Part shown: positions 1-13,641 of the stretch, in pieces | Layout of the letters: every line of letters begins with the position of its first letter | How positions within the stretch are numbered: the first letter of the stretch is position 1 | Assembly (NCBI GenBank): GCA_964016885.1 | Contig: OZ024751.1 | Location: 15,376,001 to 15,440,000, forward strand | Length of the DNA stretch: 64,000 bases | DNA from: Eledone cirrhosa | Lineage: Eukaryota | Direction of reading: 5' to 3' | Translations under genes and position numbers: made by a program | The notes under the pieces: generated by a model | What the model saw: only the letters and a program-made list of their open reading frames with translations | Database searches by the model: none | Told to the model about the DNA's origin: nothing

Positions 1-2070
<2,070 letters not shown>

Positions 2071-2151
2071 TAAAAAATAGAAATAAAAAAGAAGATTGTT
2101 GTAAACAAAAAAAAACTGAAGTTGAAGAATTAAAATATGAAATAAACTTAC

Positions 2152-2422
2152 CATCTTCATAGTATTTATCAATCTGTTCAGTAGACGTCTGTTCAACACT
2201 TCCATAGACATCTTCAGGCAGAGGCTGCAGAAGATCATCAATTTTGTTGCTGGCAGATTTAAGACTTTCATTGGCATCTTTAAAATAATTTGTGATTTCT
2301 TCAAAATTCAATTTCTTCAGTTCTAAAAGGTATTGGTTCTGTTGATCCTTGCTCAGGTCATCCCAGAACTTTACAAGATGCTCTTGTCCATATTTCTCTA
2401 ACTGGGTTTTAATACTATCCAT
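2152..2422 (-). CDS. UAP1: UDP-N-acetylhexosamine pyrophosphorylase, first coding exon (gene continues off the left edge)
   Basis: Manual translation [90 protein letters not shown](G) matches the UAP1 N-terminus (GQEHLxxFW, NFEE, PxPxxVxGS). Acceptor tttttacag before 2426, ATG at 2422, phase-1 donor G/gtaagt at 2152/2151. Confidence 0.93.
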
Positions 2423-2640
2423 ACTTCTGTAAAAAGAACATAACCATACATTTTCTTAAAGACTCCAGTTGCATTTTCAACTTCGTTTTCATATATATAT
2501 ATTACCAAAACTATATTAAGGATGTCATGTCTGAGAATATCAGAATCATGCGCCATATCACCTGTGGAATATGCTCAAAGATTCCAAGTAGTAAATCCGA
2601 GCATTTATATTAAATCAAAAGTAGGATGGTATATATATAT

Positions 2641-2873
2641 AAAATAAACACATCAAACAATCACAGGGAATAATTTGTAAAGTGTGTAAGCACACACAGC
2701 TAGGTAGGTAACTAATTAAAGTTTAACTAGAACTTCATATATAGATACCTTTTAAAATGATTAAAAGGTATCTATATTTGAAGTTCTAGTTAGTTTAATT
2801 AGTTACCTACCTAGCTGTGTGTGCTTACACACTTTACAAATTATTCCCTGTGATTGTTTCATATGTTTATTTT
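2641..2873. repeat. Near-perfect palindrome (~115-bp arms) between (TA)n tracts
   Basis: aaacaatcacagggaataatttgtaaagtgtgtaagcacacacagctaggtaggtaactaattaaa... is mirrored by ...tttaattagttacctacctagctgtgtgtgcttacacactttacaaattattccctgtgattgttt. Confidence 0.93.
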
Positions 2874-2884
2874 ATATATATATA

Positions 2885-3258
2885 CGAGCAGATTTACCCG
2901 GCGTTGCCCAGGGTTTGAAATGCAAAAAAGAATAAACAAGAAACAAACGATAATATTAGTGATTTATCTTCAAATGAATCTGATGTTTATATTTCTGTCA
3001 ATAAAGTTGGTTATTTCCTTTTTTTATAAGGATTGTCAATAAAGTTGGTTATCTCCCTTACATTAATTTTGCTACCGATAATTTTGATATCGATTTTTTA
3101 TTGCTCAATGTGGGTCGATTTGAAAAATGTTTGTGATGTGACAATCTTAGCGACCTGTGCAACGTGCACAGAAAATGTGATCAAATTCGGTTGGTAATTG
3201 TAAAAGCAAAGTTGTACACAGCCACACACACATCCTCGCTTTTATATATATATAAAGA
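2885..3258 (-). mobile_element. Non-autonomous Helitron-like element
   Basis: Minus strand starts A|TCTTTATATATATATAAAAG and ends with a GC hairpin ccctgggcaacgccggg followed by CTCG|T (CTAG-like); no TSD. Confidence 0.65.
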
Positions 3259-3654
3259 TGTCAATCAATTTCTAGTTGATATAAATGCTCAGATCTATTC
3301 ATTGGAATCTTTGACCATATTCTACAGTGGATATGGCGCATGTCTCTCAGACATGACACCCTTAATTTAATTTTGGATATATATATATATATATATATAT
3401 ATTGAAAGGATAACAAGGACGATTGGTTACTCCTGCATTACATTTATTTTTGTCGCTCATAACTCCACCACCGCCACCACAAGGCACAACTCCATACCTC
3501 AACAATCATTAACTGAAGTTAATGATTTAGCTGTCGAAACGGCTCGAGCTCAGCCGTTGGGGTCCTACTCATTCCTATCACCCACTCTACTACCCTAAGT
3601 ATTGAGTACTTTGGTGCGTTATTGTCCATCTGGTTCCTTACCACATTTCCTTCG

Positions 3655-3691
<37 letters not shown>

Positions 3692-3900
3692 ATAAAGAAA
3701 TACACAGATACATGCAGACACATACATAAATATATCCACATATATCCCTGAATTTGTGGTGCCAACCTCACCGTTGTTGCAAAATAATCCGAATGCATTA
3801 GATTGATTTAGTATCAGAGCTATATAATACATTATAAAGGAAGAAGAAACATTAGATATAATTAATAATAAGATATACCATACCCAAATTCCTTCATTAG

Positions 3901-3955
3901 TCCTCGACTACGTAGTTTCATGGCATATTATGCAAAAACACTACATCACAGAGAT
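3901..3955 (-). ncRNA. Decayed hammerhead ribozyme motif
   Basis: Minus: atctCTG-TGAtg...GAAAC TACGTA GTC gagga; palindromic stem III and GUC site intact, core lacks one base, stem II poor. Confidence 0.45.
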
Positions 3956-4239
3956 ACAGTATTTTTGTGAGGTCTGCCAACTTATCAAGAGGATACCTCA
4001 TTTAGAGTTTCAAAACACATCCGCAGGACGCGAGATAGAATCCCTAAAGGCAGAGGGGGGAGTCAATCACGTGATACAGCGGTTAAGAAACAGAGCTAAG
4101 CCTCTTACAACCAAGAAAAAAATACCACAAAGGCGGCGGGGGTACTTATATCAAAGCCGTGGAAGAGATGGCTAGGATGGCGAGAAGTATGAGTAATGAT
4201 AGCTTTCCAGCAGTCACTACACTTCAATGGTTACTCTAC

Positions 4240-4525
4240 CGGGAACTGATTCTGGCTCGATTTCTACAGCTGAATTCCCTTCCTAACACCAACCTCATTT
4301 TCAGTGAGTGCTGGGTGTTTTTTTGCTGTGGCGCCTACACGTCCACTTTGCAGTGGAATGATATGGACTGGGGTCCCTATCATCTCATTTCTACAGCTGA
4401 GTAAACTGGAGCAATGTGAAATAAAGTGTCTTGCTCAAGGAAACAACACATCACCAGGTCTGAGAATTGAACTCTCAACCTTTTGCAGGCAAGGCCAATG
4501 TTCTAACCACTAAGCCATGTGCCTT
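4240..4525 (-). mobile_element. tRNA-derived SINE, family B (RTE-type tail)
   Basis: A box ggcttagtggttaga, B box gagttcaattctc, body gtgttgtttccttgagcaagacact; at least 8 copies in the window. Confidence 0.88.
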
Positions 4526-4790
4526 CACATATCATCATCATCGTTTAACGTCCATCTTCCACGCTTGCAATATATATATATGTGTGTATATACACATACA
4601 TTAGGGTTAGGAGAGCTTCAGTGGCTATATGTGTGGTCACGTCAGTGTTTATGTGTGTATGTAGTAACATCAGAGTGTGTGTGTGTTAGTGTCAGTCTGT
4701 GTGTGGTAGTGTCAGTGTGTGCGCCATACTAAAGTGTCAATGTGTATGTGTGGTAATGTCTGTGTGTGTGCGTGCGCCAAGCAATAGTGT

Positions 4791-4821
<31 letters not shown>

Positions 4822-5175
4822 CCATGCAGTAGTGTCAGTGTGTGCTATGCAGTAGTGTCAGTATGTCAGTGCGTGCGTGTGTGTGTATACATACATGTAT
4901 ATGTAAATATATAATATACAGTAGAAAGGAAAGACGACAGTGAAAGTGGTGTTTTCTCAGAAAACACTCCAGTTATTCAAGTTACCAAGGAGATGTCACC
5001 TCATTATCACCACCACCACCACCACCACCTCATTATCACTCACATCATCACAATATATATATATAACACCACTGTGGTATATATACAATACCACTGTGAC
5101 ATATACACAGCATCTGTGATATATATATATATATATAAACATAACCAGCACCTGTATATATGCGCAACACAACTG

Positions 5176-5219
<44 letters not shown>

Positions 5220-5468
5220 TGTAAGGTGGTCATGTAGGAGACACGGTGAAAAGGCTCCCAGTCCACACTGTAAATGTGGTTGGTGTTAGGAAGGGCATCT
5301 AGCTGTAAAAAAAACCTGCCAGAGACGCTTCCGTGCGACCGAGGCGTGGTCTCCCGACCATTCCTGCATCAAATGGAACAAAACCGTCTAATCTATGCTA
5401 GCGTGGAAGATGGACGTTAAAAGATGATGATGATGATGATACACAACCTCTTTTATAAACCACCTGTG

Positions 5469-5502
<34 letters not shown>

Positions 5503-5842
5503 ATGATGGACAATTGAAAGAGCTCAACTAAATGTATATGGGTTTATAAAATCATACATATATATGTTTATACATAAATATAAAATTAATACACACATAC
5601 AGTACAAAAATACGAATATTTCCGTGAAAATAGGAGCAAAATTATGTAGATAAATCTACCAAGAGTTTATGGTAGTGTCCAATCCGTATGAAGAACTCAA
5701 TGTATTCCGGATATCATGGAAAGAAGAGATGTAATGAAAAATCACTTTCGGTGAAAGATAAACGGTATACAGAGTCAAGATAAAATATTAAACAAATAAT
5801 GAATAAAACAATGAAACAGTTCCTTATATTAAACAAAAAAAG

Positions 5843-5997
5843 TTCATTATTTAACGATCGTTTCTAGGATATATATGTGTTAGAATTGGCATGCATATTC
5901 AACAGATCTATGTACAAAATTATACAAAATTATACAAACTATCAAGATTAAATATACATACCAAACACACATATACGCCGTCTTCAGAAATAATGAA
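5843..5997 (-). ncRNA. Type I hammerhead ribozyme with ~115-nt stem II
   Basis: Minus: UUCAUUAUUU CUGAAGA [long imperfect hairpin] GAAAC GAUC GUU AAAUAAUGAA; perfect 10-bp stem I, palindromic stem III. Confidence 0.8.
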
Positions 5998-6074
5998 ATA
6001 TATTTATATATATATATATATATATATATGATAAAGAACACAAGAGCGTCTACAACATCAAAAGATTTTTATTG

Positions 6075-6120
6075 GCTTACAATGTTTCTTCCTTACGGAA
6101 ACCGTAGGATTCATCAGAGC
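6075..6120 (-). ncRNA. Minimal type I hammerhead ribozyme
   Basis: Minus: GCU CUGAUGA AUCCUACGG UUU CCGUAAGGAA GAAAC AUU GUA AGC then cAAUAAA; inside a ~115-bp insert between (TA)n tracts. Confidence 0.82.
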
Positions 6121-6196
6121 TATAAAAGGGGTTTGATTGGTGTTATATATATATATATGAAAAATGGTGTGCTGCATTGTTGCAAATGGGATACAT

Positions 6197-6333
6197 ATGA
6201 ATAAAATTAGAGCAGAAGATAAGGCGTCCATCATCAGTGATCTTCCAGCCATCTTTAATGCGAAGAAATACCAATGACGGCTGGAAGATCACTGATGACG
6301 GACGCCATGTCTTCTCGCTCTAATTTTATTCAT
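6197..6333. repeat. Hairpin (~55-bp arms) abutting (TA)n, each arm containing CTGATGA
   Basis: atgaataaaattagagc..ggcgtccatcatcagtgatcttccagcc / ggctggaagatcactgatgacggacgcc..gctctaattttattcat. Confidence 0.85.
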
Positions 6334-6481
6334 ATTATATTATATATATATATATATATTATATATTATATAATATTATATATATATTATATATATATAT
6401 TATATATATATTATATTATATATATATTATATATATATATTATATAATATATTATATATATATATTATATATATATTATAT

Positions 6482-6514
<33 letters not shown>

Positions 6515-6664
6515 TATATAATATATTATATATATATATTATATATATTATATTATATAATATATTATATATATATATTATATTATATATATATATTATA
6601 TTATATAATATATATATATATATTATATTATATATATATATTATATTATATATATATATTATAT

Positions 6665-6740
<76 letters not shown>

Positions 6741-6920
6741 ATATATATATATATATATATATTATATTATATATATATATATATATATTATATATTATAT
6801 TATATATATATATATTATATTATATATATATTATATATATATATTATATAATATTATATATATATATTATATATTATATATATTATATATATATATATGT
6901 ATATATATACATATATACAT
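6334..6920. repeat. (TA)n/(TTATA)n microsatellite
   Basis: Nearly pure A/T simple repeat. Confidence 0.97.
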
Positions 6921-7103
6921 CTACAAAGTTGGTCTGTTTAGCAAAATATGAATAACTTTTAGAAAAAGGCGGGGAGTGTGATGTAGAATAGATTACAACA
7001 GATAGTGATGAGAGGGAAGGTGGATGAGATCAACATATTTATATCTAAATATATATATTACATATGTGTTTGTACATAGAACAATGATAAGAGACAGAAG
7101 TCA

Positions 7104-7373
7104 GACCACTTTGCAGTGGAATGATATGGACCCCAGTCCCTATCATCTTATTTCTACAGCTGAGTAAACTGGAGCAATGTAAAATAAAGTGTCTTGTTCA
7201 AGGAAACAACACATCACCCGGTCTGAGAATTGAACGGGTGATGTGTTGTTTCCTTGAGCAAGACACTGTATTTCACATTACTCCAGTTTACTCAGCTGTA
7301 GAAATGAGATGATAGGGACTGGGGTCCTTATCATTCCACTGCAAAGTGGTCGTAGAGGTGTCACGGCAAAAAA

Positions 7374-7419
<46 letters not shown>

Positions 7420-7560
7420 GAAGGGCATCCAGCCGTAGAAAACCTGCCAGATAGTCCTATATGAGCGAGACACGGTCACCCGACCAACCTTGCCTCAAAT
7501 TGGGACAACTCCCGTCTAACCCATGCTCGCGTGGAAGATGGATGTTAAACGATGATGATG
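7104..7560. mobile_element. Fold-back SINE family B (inverted arms 7104-7219 / 7236-7351) followed by (TA)n and RTE-type tail
   Basis: Same SINE body in opposite orientations ~16 nt apart; tail ends in (gat)n at ~7560. Confidence 0.85.
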
Positions 7561-7675
7561 ATATATACTCCAGGGAGTGTAACGTGAAGTTACTGTAGGT
7601 TCACCCGGGTGAGCACTCGTTGCTTAGGTTCACATCAGTATCGAGGTGTAGAGCTAGACAGAGTGTAATATAATA

Positions 7676-7815
7676 ATTGTTTCTACTTTTGGCACAAGGC
7701 CAGCAGTTACCCAGTACATTACTGGTACTTTATTTTATCGACCCAGTAAGGATAAAAGGCTAAGTTAACCTCGGCGGGATTTGAACTCAGAATGGCAAGG
7801 GCCGTAACTATGCGT
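7676..7815 (-). mobile_element. tRNA-derived SINE, family A (5'-truncated)
   Basis: Reverse complement of gagttcaaatccc...ataaaataaagtaccagtaatg...ccttgtgccaaaagtagaaacaattatt. Confidence 0.88.
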
Positions 7816-7817
7816 CA

Positions 7818-7984
7818 TGCAAGGATGAGTGGTTACTTCTTCATTACGTTTATTGGTTGGTGACAAGGTTCGATCTGGCCCAACTCGGACCAGATCGATA
7901 CAGATTGGACCTTGAGCTGATCAGTAGTGAAACACGTGTCACCAACCAATAAATGTAATGAAGAAGTAACCACTCGTTCTTGTA
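7818..7984 (+). repeat. Hairpin insert (~48-bp arms) carrying the 3' half of a hammerhead
   Basis: gagtggttacttcttcattacgtttattggttggtgaca / tgtcaccaaccaataaatgtaatgaagaagtaaccactc; GAAAC ACGT GTC accaacc AATAAA on plus. Confidence 0.75.
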
Positions 7985-8059
7985 TTATATATACCAGTAA
8001 TGCACTGGGTAATTGCTGGCCTTGTGCCAAAACTAGAAATAATTATATATATATATAAG

Positions 8060-8246
8060 GGGCGGTGGATTGGCAGTACTGGTAGAGGGTTGGACGCCAT
8101 GCTTTGTAGTGCAGAGTTACGACCCTTTACGGTCTGAGTTCAAATCCCACTGAGGTTAACTTTGCCTTTCATCCTTACGGGGGTCGATAAAATAAAGTAC
8201 CAGTAATGTACTGGGTAATTGCTGGCCTTGTGCCAAAAGTAGAAGC

Positions 8247-8250
<4 letters not shown>
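8060..8250 (+). mobile_element. tRNA-derived SINE, family A (full length)
   Basis: A-box-like tggcagtactggtagag, B box gagttcaaatccc, central gcctttcatccttacgggggtcgataaaataaagtaccag. Further copies near 18740-18970, 21460-21625, 24560-24710, 26945-27128, 30870-31040, 33017-33125, 37943-38155, 39155-39310, 40650-41045 and 47770-48455. Confidence 0.9.
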
Positions 8251-8286
<36 letters not shown>

Positions 8287-8474
8287 TTGATGGTTTAGCG
8301 AGACAGTGTGTAGATTTTGACTGGATATATATGTGTATATATGTATATATATATACATAAGAACGAAGTGGAGAAGCTACATTCTTATTATATACACTAT
8401 GTAACTCCTCCACTTTGTTATTATATACACTCTGCTCTGCATTGAGTACTTTCACCAATTTTCTTTGGACCTTC

Positions 8475-8505
<31 letters not shown>

Positions 8506-8509
<4 letters not shown>

Positions 8510-8897
8510 GGTGTTGGATGCTTAAGGCGTCTGTATGCGGTAGGCCGTATGAGCACTCAATGCTCTCATAGAGCAGAGTATGATATCACAGAAAAAAAGA
8601 GAATCAGTATTGCGACGAATGGAATTTATTGGACATATTACAATCGTTTCTCTGGCGACCAGGCACGATCAATGTGTTGATTGAACCTGACTCTGAAAAT
8701 CGCAAGGTCCTCAGATACGTCTTGATTCTACGATTCTACGAGCTGGTCGCCAGAGAAACGATTGTAATATGTCCAATAAATTCCATTCGTCGCAACACTG
8801 ATTCTCTTTTTTTCTGTGATGTGATATACTCTGCTCTATGAGAGCATCGAGTGCTCATACGGCCTACCGCATACAGACGCCTTAAGCATCCAACACC

Positions 8898-8901
<4 letters not shown>
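8506..8901. mobile_element. Fold-back insert (~157-bp arms, ~80-nt loop) between (TA)n tracts, probably a PLE pseudo-LTR with 5' inversion
   Basis: Arms 8506-8662 and 8743-8901 are near-exact reverse complements; contains a hammerhead. Confidence 0.85.
8632..8721 (-). ncRNA. Type I hammerhead ribozyme
   Basis: Minus: GACGUAU CUGAGGA cCUUGCGA...UCGCCAGa GAAAC GAUU GUA AUAUGUC cAAUAAA; 7-bp stem I with one G-U. Confidence 0.8.
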
Positions 8902-8928
<27 letters not shown>

Positions 8929-9164
8929 CCACCACCCCACTCTCAAGAGCGTGAAATTAATAAACATTCGTTGTACTGCCTCTCTGTCTTGTTCCTGTTC
9001 AAATTTTCCATTATATATATATATATATATATGCAAAAGTTTTATTTAAGATTGTTGGGTTACAACGAGTAAATATTTTATAACTGATATAAAAGCACTC
9101 AACAGTTTCTGGAGTAGGTTTACGATATTAAACAAATGGAAACTATATTTATAAAACCATATTT

Positions 9165-9228
9165 ATTTCGTTATATATATTTCTGGGATATCATATTAAA
9201 AATATGGTATGCCTTCCTCAGACAAAAT
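9165..9228 (-). ncRNA. Minimal type I hammerhead ribozyme (left-arm copy)
   Basis: Exact reverse complement of 9255-9318. Confidence 0.78.
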
Positions 9229-9254
9229 ATAATACATAAGCTGTTTTATATTGT

Positions 9255-9318
9255 ATTTTGTCTGAGGAAGGCATACCATATTTTTAATATGATATCCCAG
9301 AAATATATATAACGAAAT
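9255..9318 (+). ncRNA. Minimal type I hammerhead ribozyme (right-arm copy)
   Basis: AUUUUGU CUGAGGA AGGCAUACCAUAUU UUU AAUAUGAUAUCCCA GAAAU AUAU AUA ACGAAAU aaa; 7-bp stem I, palindromic stem III, AUA site, overlapping AATAAA. Confidence 0.78.
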
Positions 9319-9359
9319 AAATATGGTTTTATAAATATAGTTTCCATTTGTTTAATATC

Positions 9360-9423
<64 letters not shown>

Positions 9424-9658
9424 GACTTCTACAGGACTTATACTTTTTCATTCGTATGAAATAATCAGGAATGTTCAATCCTGGTGATTTCATACAATTG
9501 AAATAGTTCTAGTCTTGTACAAGTCACCCCCCCCCCCGTCTCTCTCTCTCTCTATATATATGTATATGCACCCCGACCACCTGGGAGTGATGGGAAAGGA
9601 GAGAAGACAGTATGTAACTGAACAGAAAGCGAGTTTTAATGCACCAATGCTCCTTTTA

Positions 9659-9718
<60 letters not shown>

Positions 9719-10162
9719 TAAAGTTATAGTAAATATAAACCACCCGATAAAAGTCCACTTATATTTTAAAGTATTTTGATCCTCACCTGAAAAATGTCAA
9801 ATTATGTACTAGGAACAAAGATAATTATATAGATAAAAAACATTCTATAATGAACCGAGGGAAAACCACGTAACTTTTATGGATTATGGAGAGAGAGATA
9901 GAGGGGGGGGGGGGGGTAGTTTAACGAGTCATTTAACGTGTAAAATGACAAAGTGACGATGGTGGAGGATATAGGGTGACGTGACATGACTGAGGAGATA
10001 TGGGTGACGGGGGGTAATTCTGGGTATTCCGAGATGTATAGGAGATATGGGTGACAGGTGACAATTCTGGGTACTGCGTGGTCTGAGTGATACACACAGT
10101 TCTGTTAGATGTATAGGAGACATAGGTAACGGGTGGTCATTCTGGGAACTGTGTGGTCTGTG

Positions 10163-10329
10163 CAGGGCCCCCAAGAGAAATTTTGCAAGGTGGTACAAGA
10201 CCCCTCTGGTGTCCGACGCAGGCAAAGATTTTTCTCAAAATGGTTGTTGCATGGTTGCTGTGGAGCCTTCTTAGCTCTTAGGCCCTGGAACGAAGTACCA
10301 GCAGGACCCTCCCCCTCTCATAGGCCCTG
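10163..10329. mobile_element. hAT-type MITE inside a degenerate minisatellite (~9960-10400)
   Basis: Ends CAGGGCC...GGCCCTG with 8-bp TSD ggtctgtg/ggtctgag (1 mismatch). Confidence 0.7.
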
Positions 10330-13300
10330 GGTCTGAGTGACACACAGTTCTGTTTGATGCATGGGAAAATTGGGTGACGGGTGGTAATACTGGGTAGTGT
10401 GTGAGTTTTCTGTTACCAACCAGACAACACCCAGACATTTATTTATAGGTTTGAAATTTAAATAGGAAGTTGTCAATCATCTGAAAAGTCTTCGATAACA
10501 GCCCCCCCCCCCACACCACCACCAAGACCACTTCCACCGCCATCACCACCAAGACCACTTCCACCAACTTTCCCCTCACCACCACCAAAACCACTTCCAC
10601 CGCCACCACCACCACCAACCTACCGCCAATTTCACACATTAATCACTCCATCAAACCTTTCAGTTGTCGTCACTGTGTGTTGTTGGTAGTGACAGGTTTA
10701 AGGGGTGGTTGTGGTGGTGATAGCTGTTGATTGGGTCACAACCAGACCCCACACCCCCACCACGTAAACTCAATTCGCCTCCGGTTCCATACACCACGTG
10801 TAACTGCCCACCTTACATTAAACGCTGGTCTTCCTACCACACAAAATATCTTTCTTCTCCAACCCCCGAAGGCTTGTCCCTACCACACAACATATCTTAC
10901 TCCCTCACCCCTCCAAGCCTGTACCTTATTCTACTCCCTCCCCGGGGATTCTTCCTACGACAGCATCACTGCCCTTACTCAAACAAACCATCACTTCACC
11001 ACACAATCATACATTCCAACAACTCTAATAACCAGAAAGACGTTTCCTTTGATATGATAACGCCACCAATAAAAGAGGTAGTGGAACGCCTTTCTCAAGG
11101 AGATGATATATCACCTGTAGTGAGAGGTCACCATGTTCCTATTTCCCATGTAATAAGGTTTGTCTTTTTAGGAGAAATAGCAAGCTGTGATGCTAATACC
11201 ATTCCTTAGAACACGATCGTAATAAATGGCATAAAATGGCGAAAAACTGGGAATCGAGGGTGCTTGGTTTTTCCAGCATTTTAATCTCGCTATCACCGGC
11301 GCCCTTGTTGTAACGTGTGATTTAGTGTTCGAGTCTTCTCCACCACTTTGTATGTATGTGTGTGAAAGAGAATTACTTTCAAATAACTGTTTGTGAAGTT
11401 TCAGCTTCACAAATAAAATCTATAAGTTATACTTAAATTACATTTATGAGCCAACATTTGCTAGAAATAGCAGCCATATTTTCCTTTAAAAAATCACACC
11501 CTACAGTAATTTTTTTTAAAGGACACATTGAATATAATGTCTGAATGAAAGATGGGATGGTGAAAACTGGAGTGACTTTGATCATATGTCTGCTCAATCA
11601 AGGCTGACCCGGGGGTGGGGATAACACCATAACATAAATACTTAGTTATATCCTATGTTCACGTTGCATGCAACTAAGACGTTAACAAAAGTCCTGTTAG
11701 TTCATAAACTACAGACACTGCAACCGAGGTTCAACCCAGCAAAAACCACCCACCCCAAAACCGTATCCAAAGAAAGGCCCTGTCATCGTATCTGTCTTCT
11801 CTCACTCTCTGTCTTTTCTAACTCTACTACTGTGGCCTCAGCTAGCTTCATTCAGATACTCCTTATTTGCCTATTTTCCTCATGATACCAGATCTGTCAA
11901 CTTTCCCCTTCGAACAGGGAGATCTCCCACCCACTTTGGGGTGGGTGACAGATGTCTTCTCTTGTGAAAATGGGTATAGCCTTCATTATGTAAAATCTCC
12001 CAATTCTGCCTCATTTCTTCCCGTTTTGGGACACTCCTTTTCATGGCACTCCCCGTTTGGGTTTTTAGAGGCTGGCAGGTCCATGACACTCATCTCATAA
12101 TGTCCCCTCTTCGTTCGCAATCATAAACTAATCACTACGTCCTAGTCATTTGACGCAGAACCTCGGGTTTCTCGAATTCGTTTCATTCAGTCGTCGACTT
12201 ATAACAATTTACACGGAACGTTAACAACACTAATATCACCGGTCTTGGATGGGCTGTAAACAACAGGCGCAGCCTCATCAGTCCAAACCAATAATTAAAA
12301 AACAAAAACAAATCCAGAACGGGTTATTACGTGGCTTGTGGGTGTTGCATGTAATCGATGTAACGATCATGCAAGAGTGAAGAAGTATGTAGAAAATTGA
12401 CATAAACCATAAAAGCGAATATATTATATTCGTACGAAAAGATTCAATAATTAAAATATATTTTCGTGTTTTTGAACGACGTGTTATAAATAAATATATT
12501 ATATTTAGTACATGCAATCATATACATTACACATACATGTAAATATCTTATAAATACATATATACATTATATATAAATATTTTATTAATACATACATTAC
12601 ATATATTTTATAAACATACATTAGATATAAATATTTTGACACACTATTACATATACATATATACATACACACTCGCATATAAGAGCAAGGCTTGTTTGGC
12701 TGTAACTAACCCAGGAAAAAGATTGCTTTTGAAAGCGTCGCACCAAATAAAATACATTGACAACTCCCTCTTTTCGAGTAAATGTAATATGAACTACCCG
12801 TAGTGGTTGTTTAAAATATCAGTGTCAAAGCCCCAACATGTATAGAAGTGTCCAGGTTAGGACAATGTTTAGGTGTAGAGAGGAAAACAAACTAATGTTG
12901 CTAACATTTAAAACGAAAACACACATTAAACACACCGTACACCTAAGCTATTTAGATTGAAATAGACAGGACTGTCAAAAGTGGCGATGTTTGTAGAGGT
13001 ATTCACTTTACTTCATGCATAAATATCTCGCTCTATCATCACACGGATTTATTTTCTTTGATAATACAATTTACATATTAACATATAAACATTATATACA
13101 TATAAAACAGAGAAAAACGTGAGAGAAGACACGTACGGTCAATCACGCATCTGGTGTTTCTAACAATGTTTGAGATAAGCCAACACACTTGCAGCATTGC
13201 CACAGGTAATGGCGAGGGTAAGATGTTGGAATAACCAAGCACCCTTACCAGGATTATCACCTGATACGTCGGTAAAGCGAGTCGCCAACAAGAACCTTGT

Positions 13301-13641
13301 TGTCAGCGGCCCAGCTCTCCCCAAAGACTCGAACTCGCGTGTAGTTTATTCTGTAATGTTTAGTTTTTATATTACACCAACGAGACTTTTAAATACACAA
13401 TACAGTCATCAATATCACATTCTATTCTTTGTAATGTGTCTGTAAAACTCTTGACAAAACACTGTCAACAACTAAGCCGGCGAGTAAATTAACGAAAATT
13501 AATTAATTAATTCAACTCTATGCATAGTCTATTTAAGCCTTTCTAACTCAATATGTGATTTTATCTTAAATATATTTCTGTTTGTCGTAATTTAGTCCTA
13601 AGGATTTAATGAAAAGAAGTGATGAAACGAAGAGATCTTAC

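Larger units (their letters stand above)
2505..3376. repeat. Old inverted repeat (arms ~2505-2613 and ~3276-3376) whose loop holds younger insertions
   Basis: ccaaaa..taaggatgtcatgtctgaga..catgcgccatatc..gaatatgctcaaagattccaa..gagcatttatat is the diverged reverse complement of 3276-3376; (TA)n on both outer sides. Confidence 0.85.
9121..9362. mobile_element. Near-perfect palindrome (~114-bp arms) ending in (TA)n, with a hammerhead in each arm
   Basis: Arms 9121-9234 and 9249-9362, one mismatch seen. Confidence 0.92.

Noticed and set aside
6197-6333. CTGATGA in the hairpin arms as a full hammerhead
   Set aside because: No downstream GAAA-stem III-UH found on either strand
8506-8901. Long hairpins as DNA-transposon MITEs or miRNA genes
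   Set aside because: Arms are unrelated between elements and several contain hammerhead plus AATAAA, fitting PLE inversions better; a MITE origin is not excluded for 2641-2873 and 18104-18200, which show no ribozyme
10727-11209. 160-aa proline-rich ORF
   Set aside because: C/A-biased low complexity, no recognisable domain or splice context
12240-12290. Minus-strand ttgga CTGATGA ggctg..cagcc ca tccaa as a hammerhead or SECIS
   Set aside because: No GAAA/stem III/UH, and no SECIS GA quartet partner
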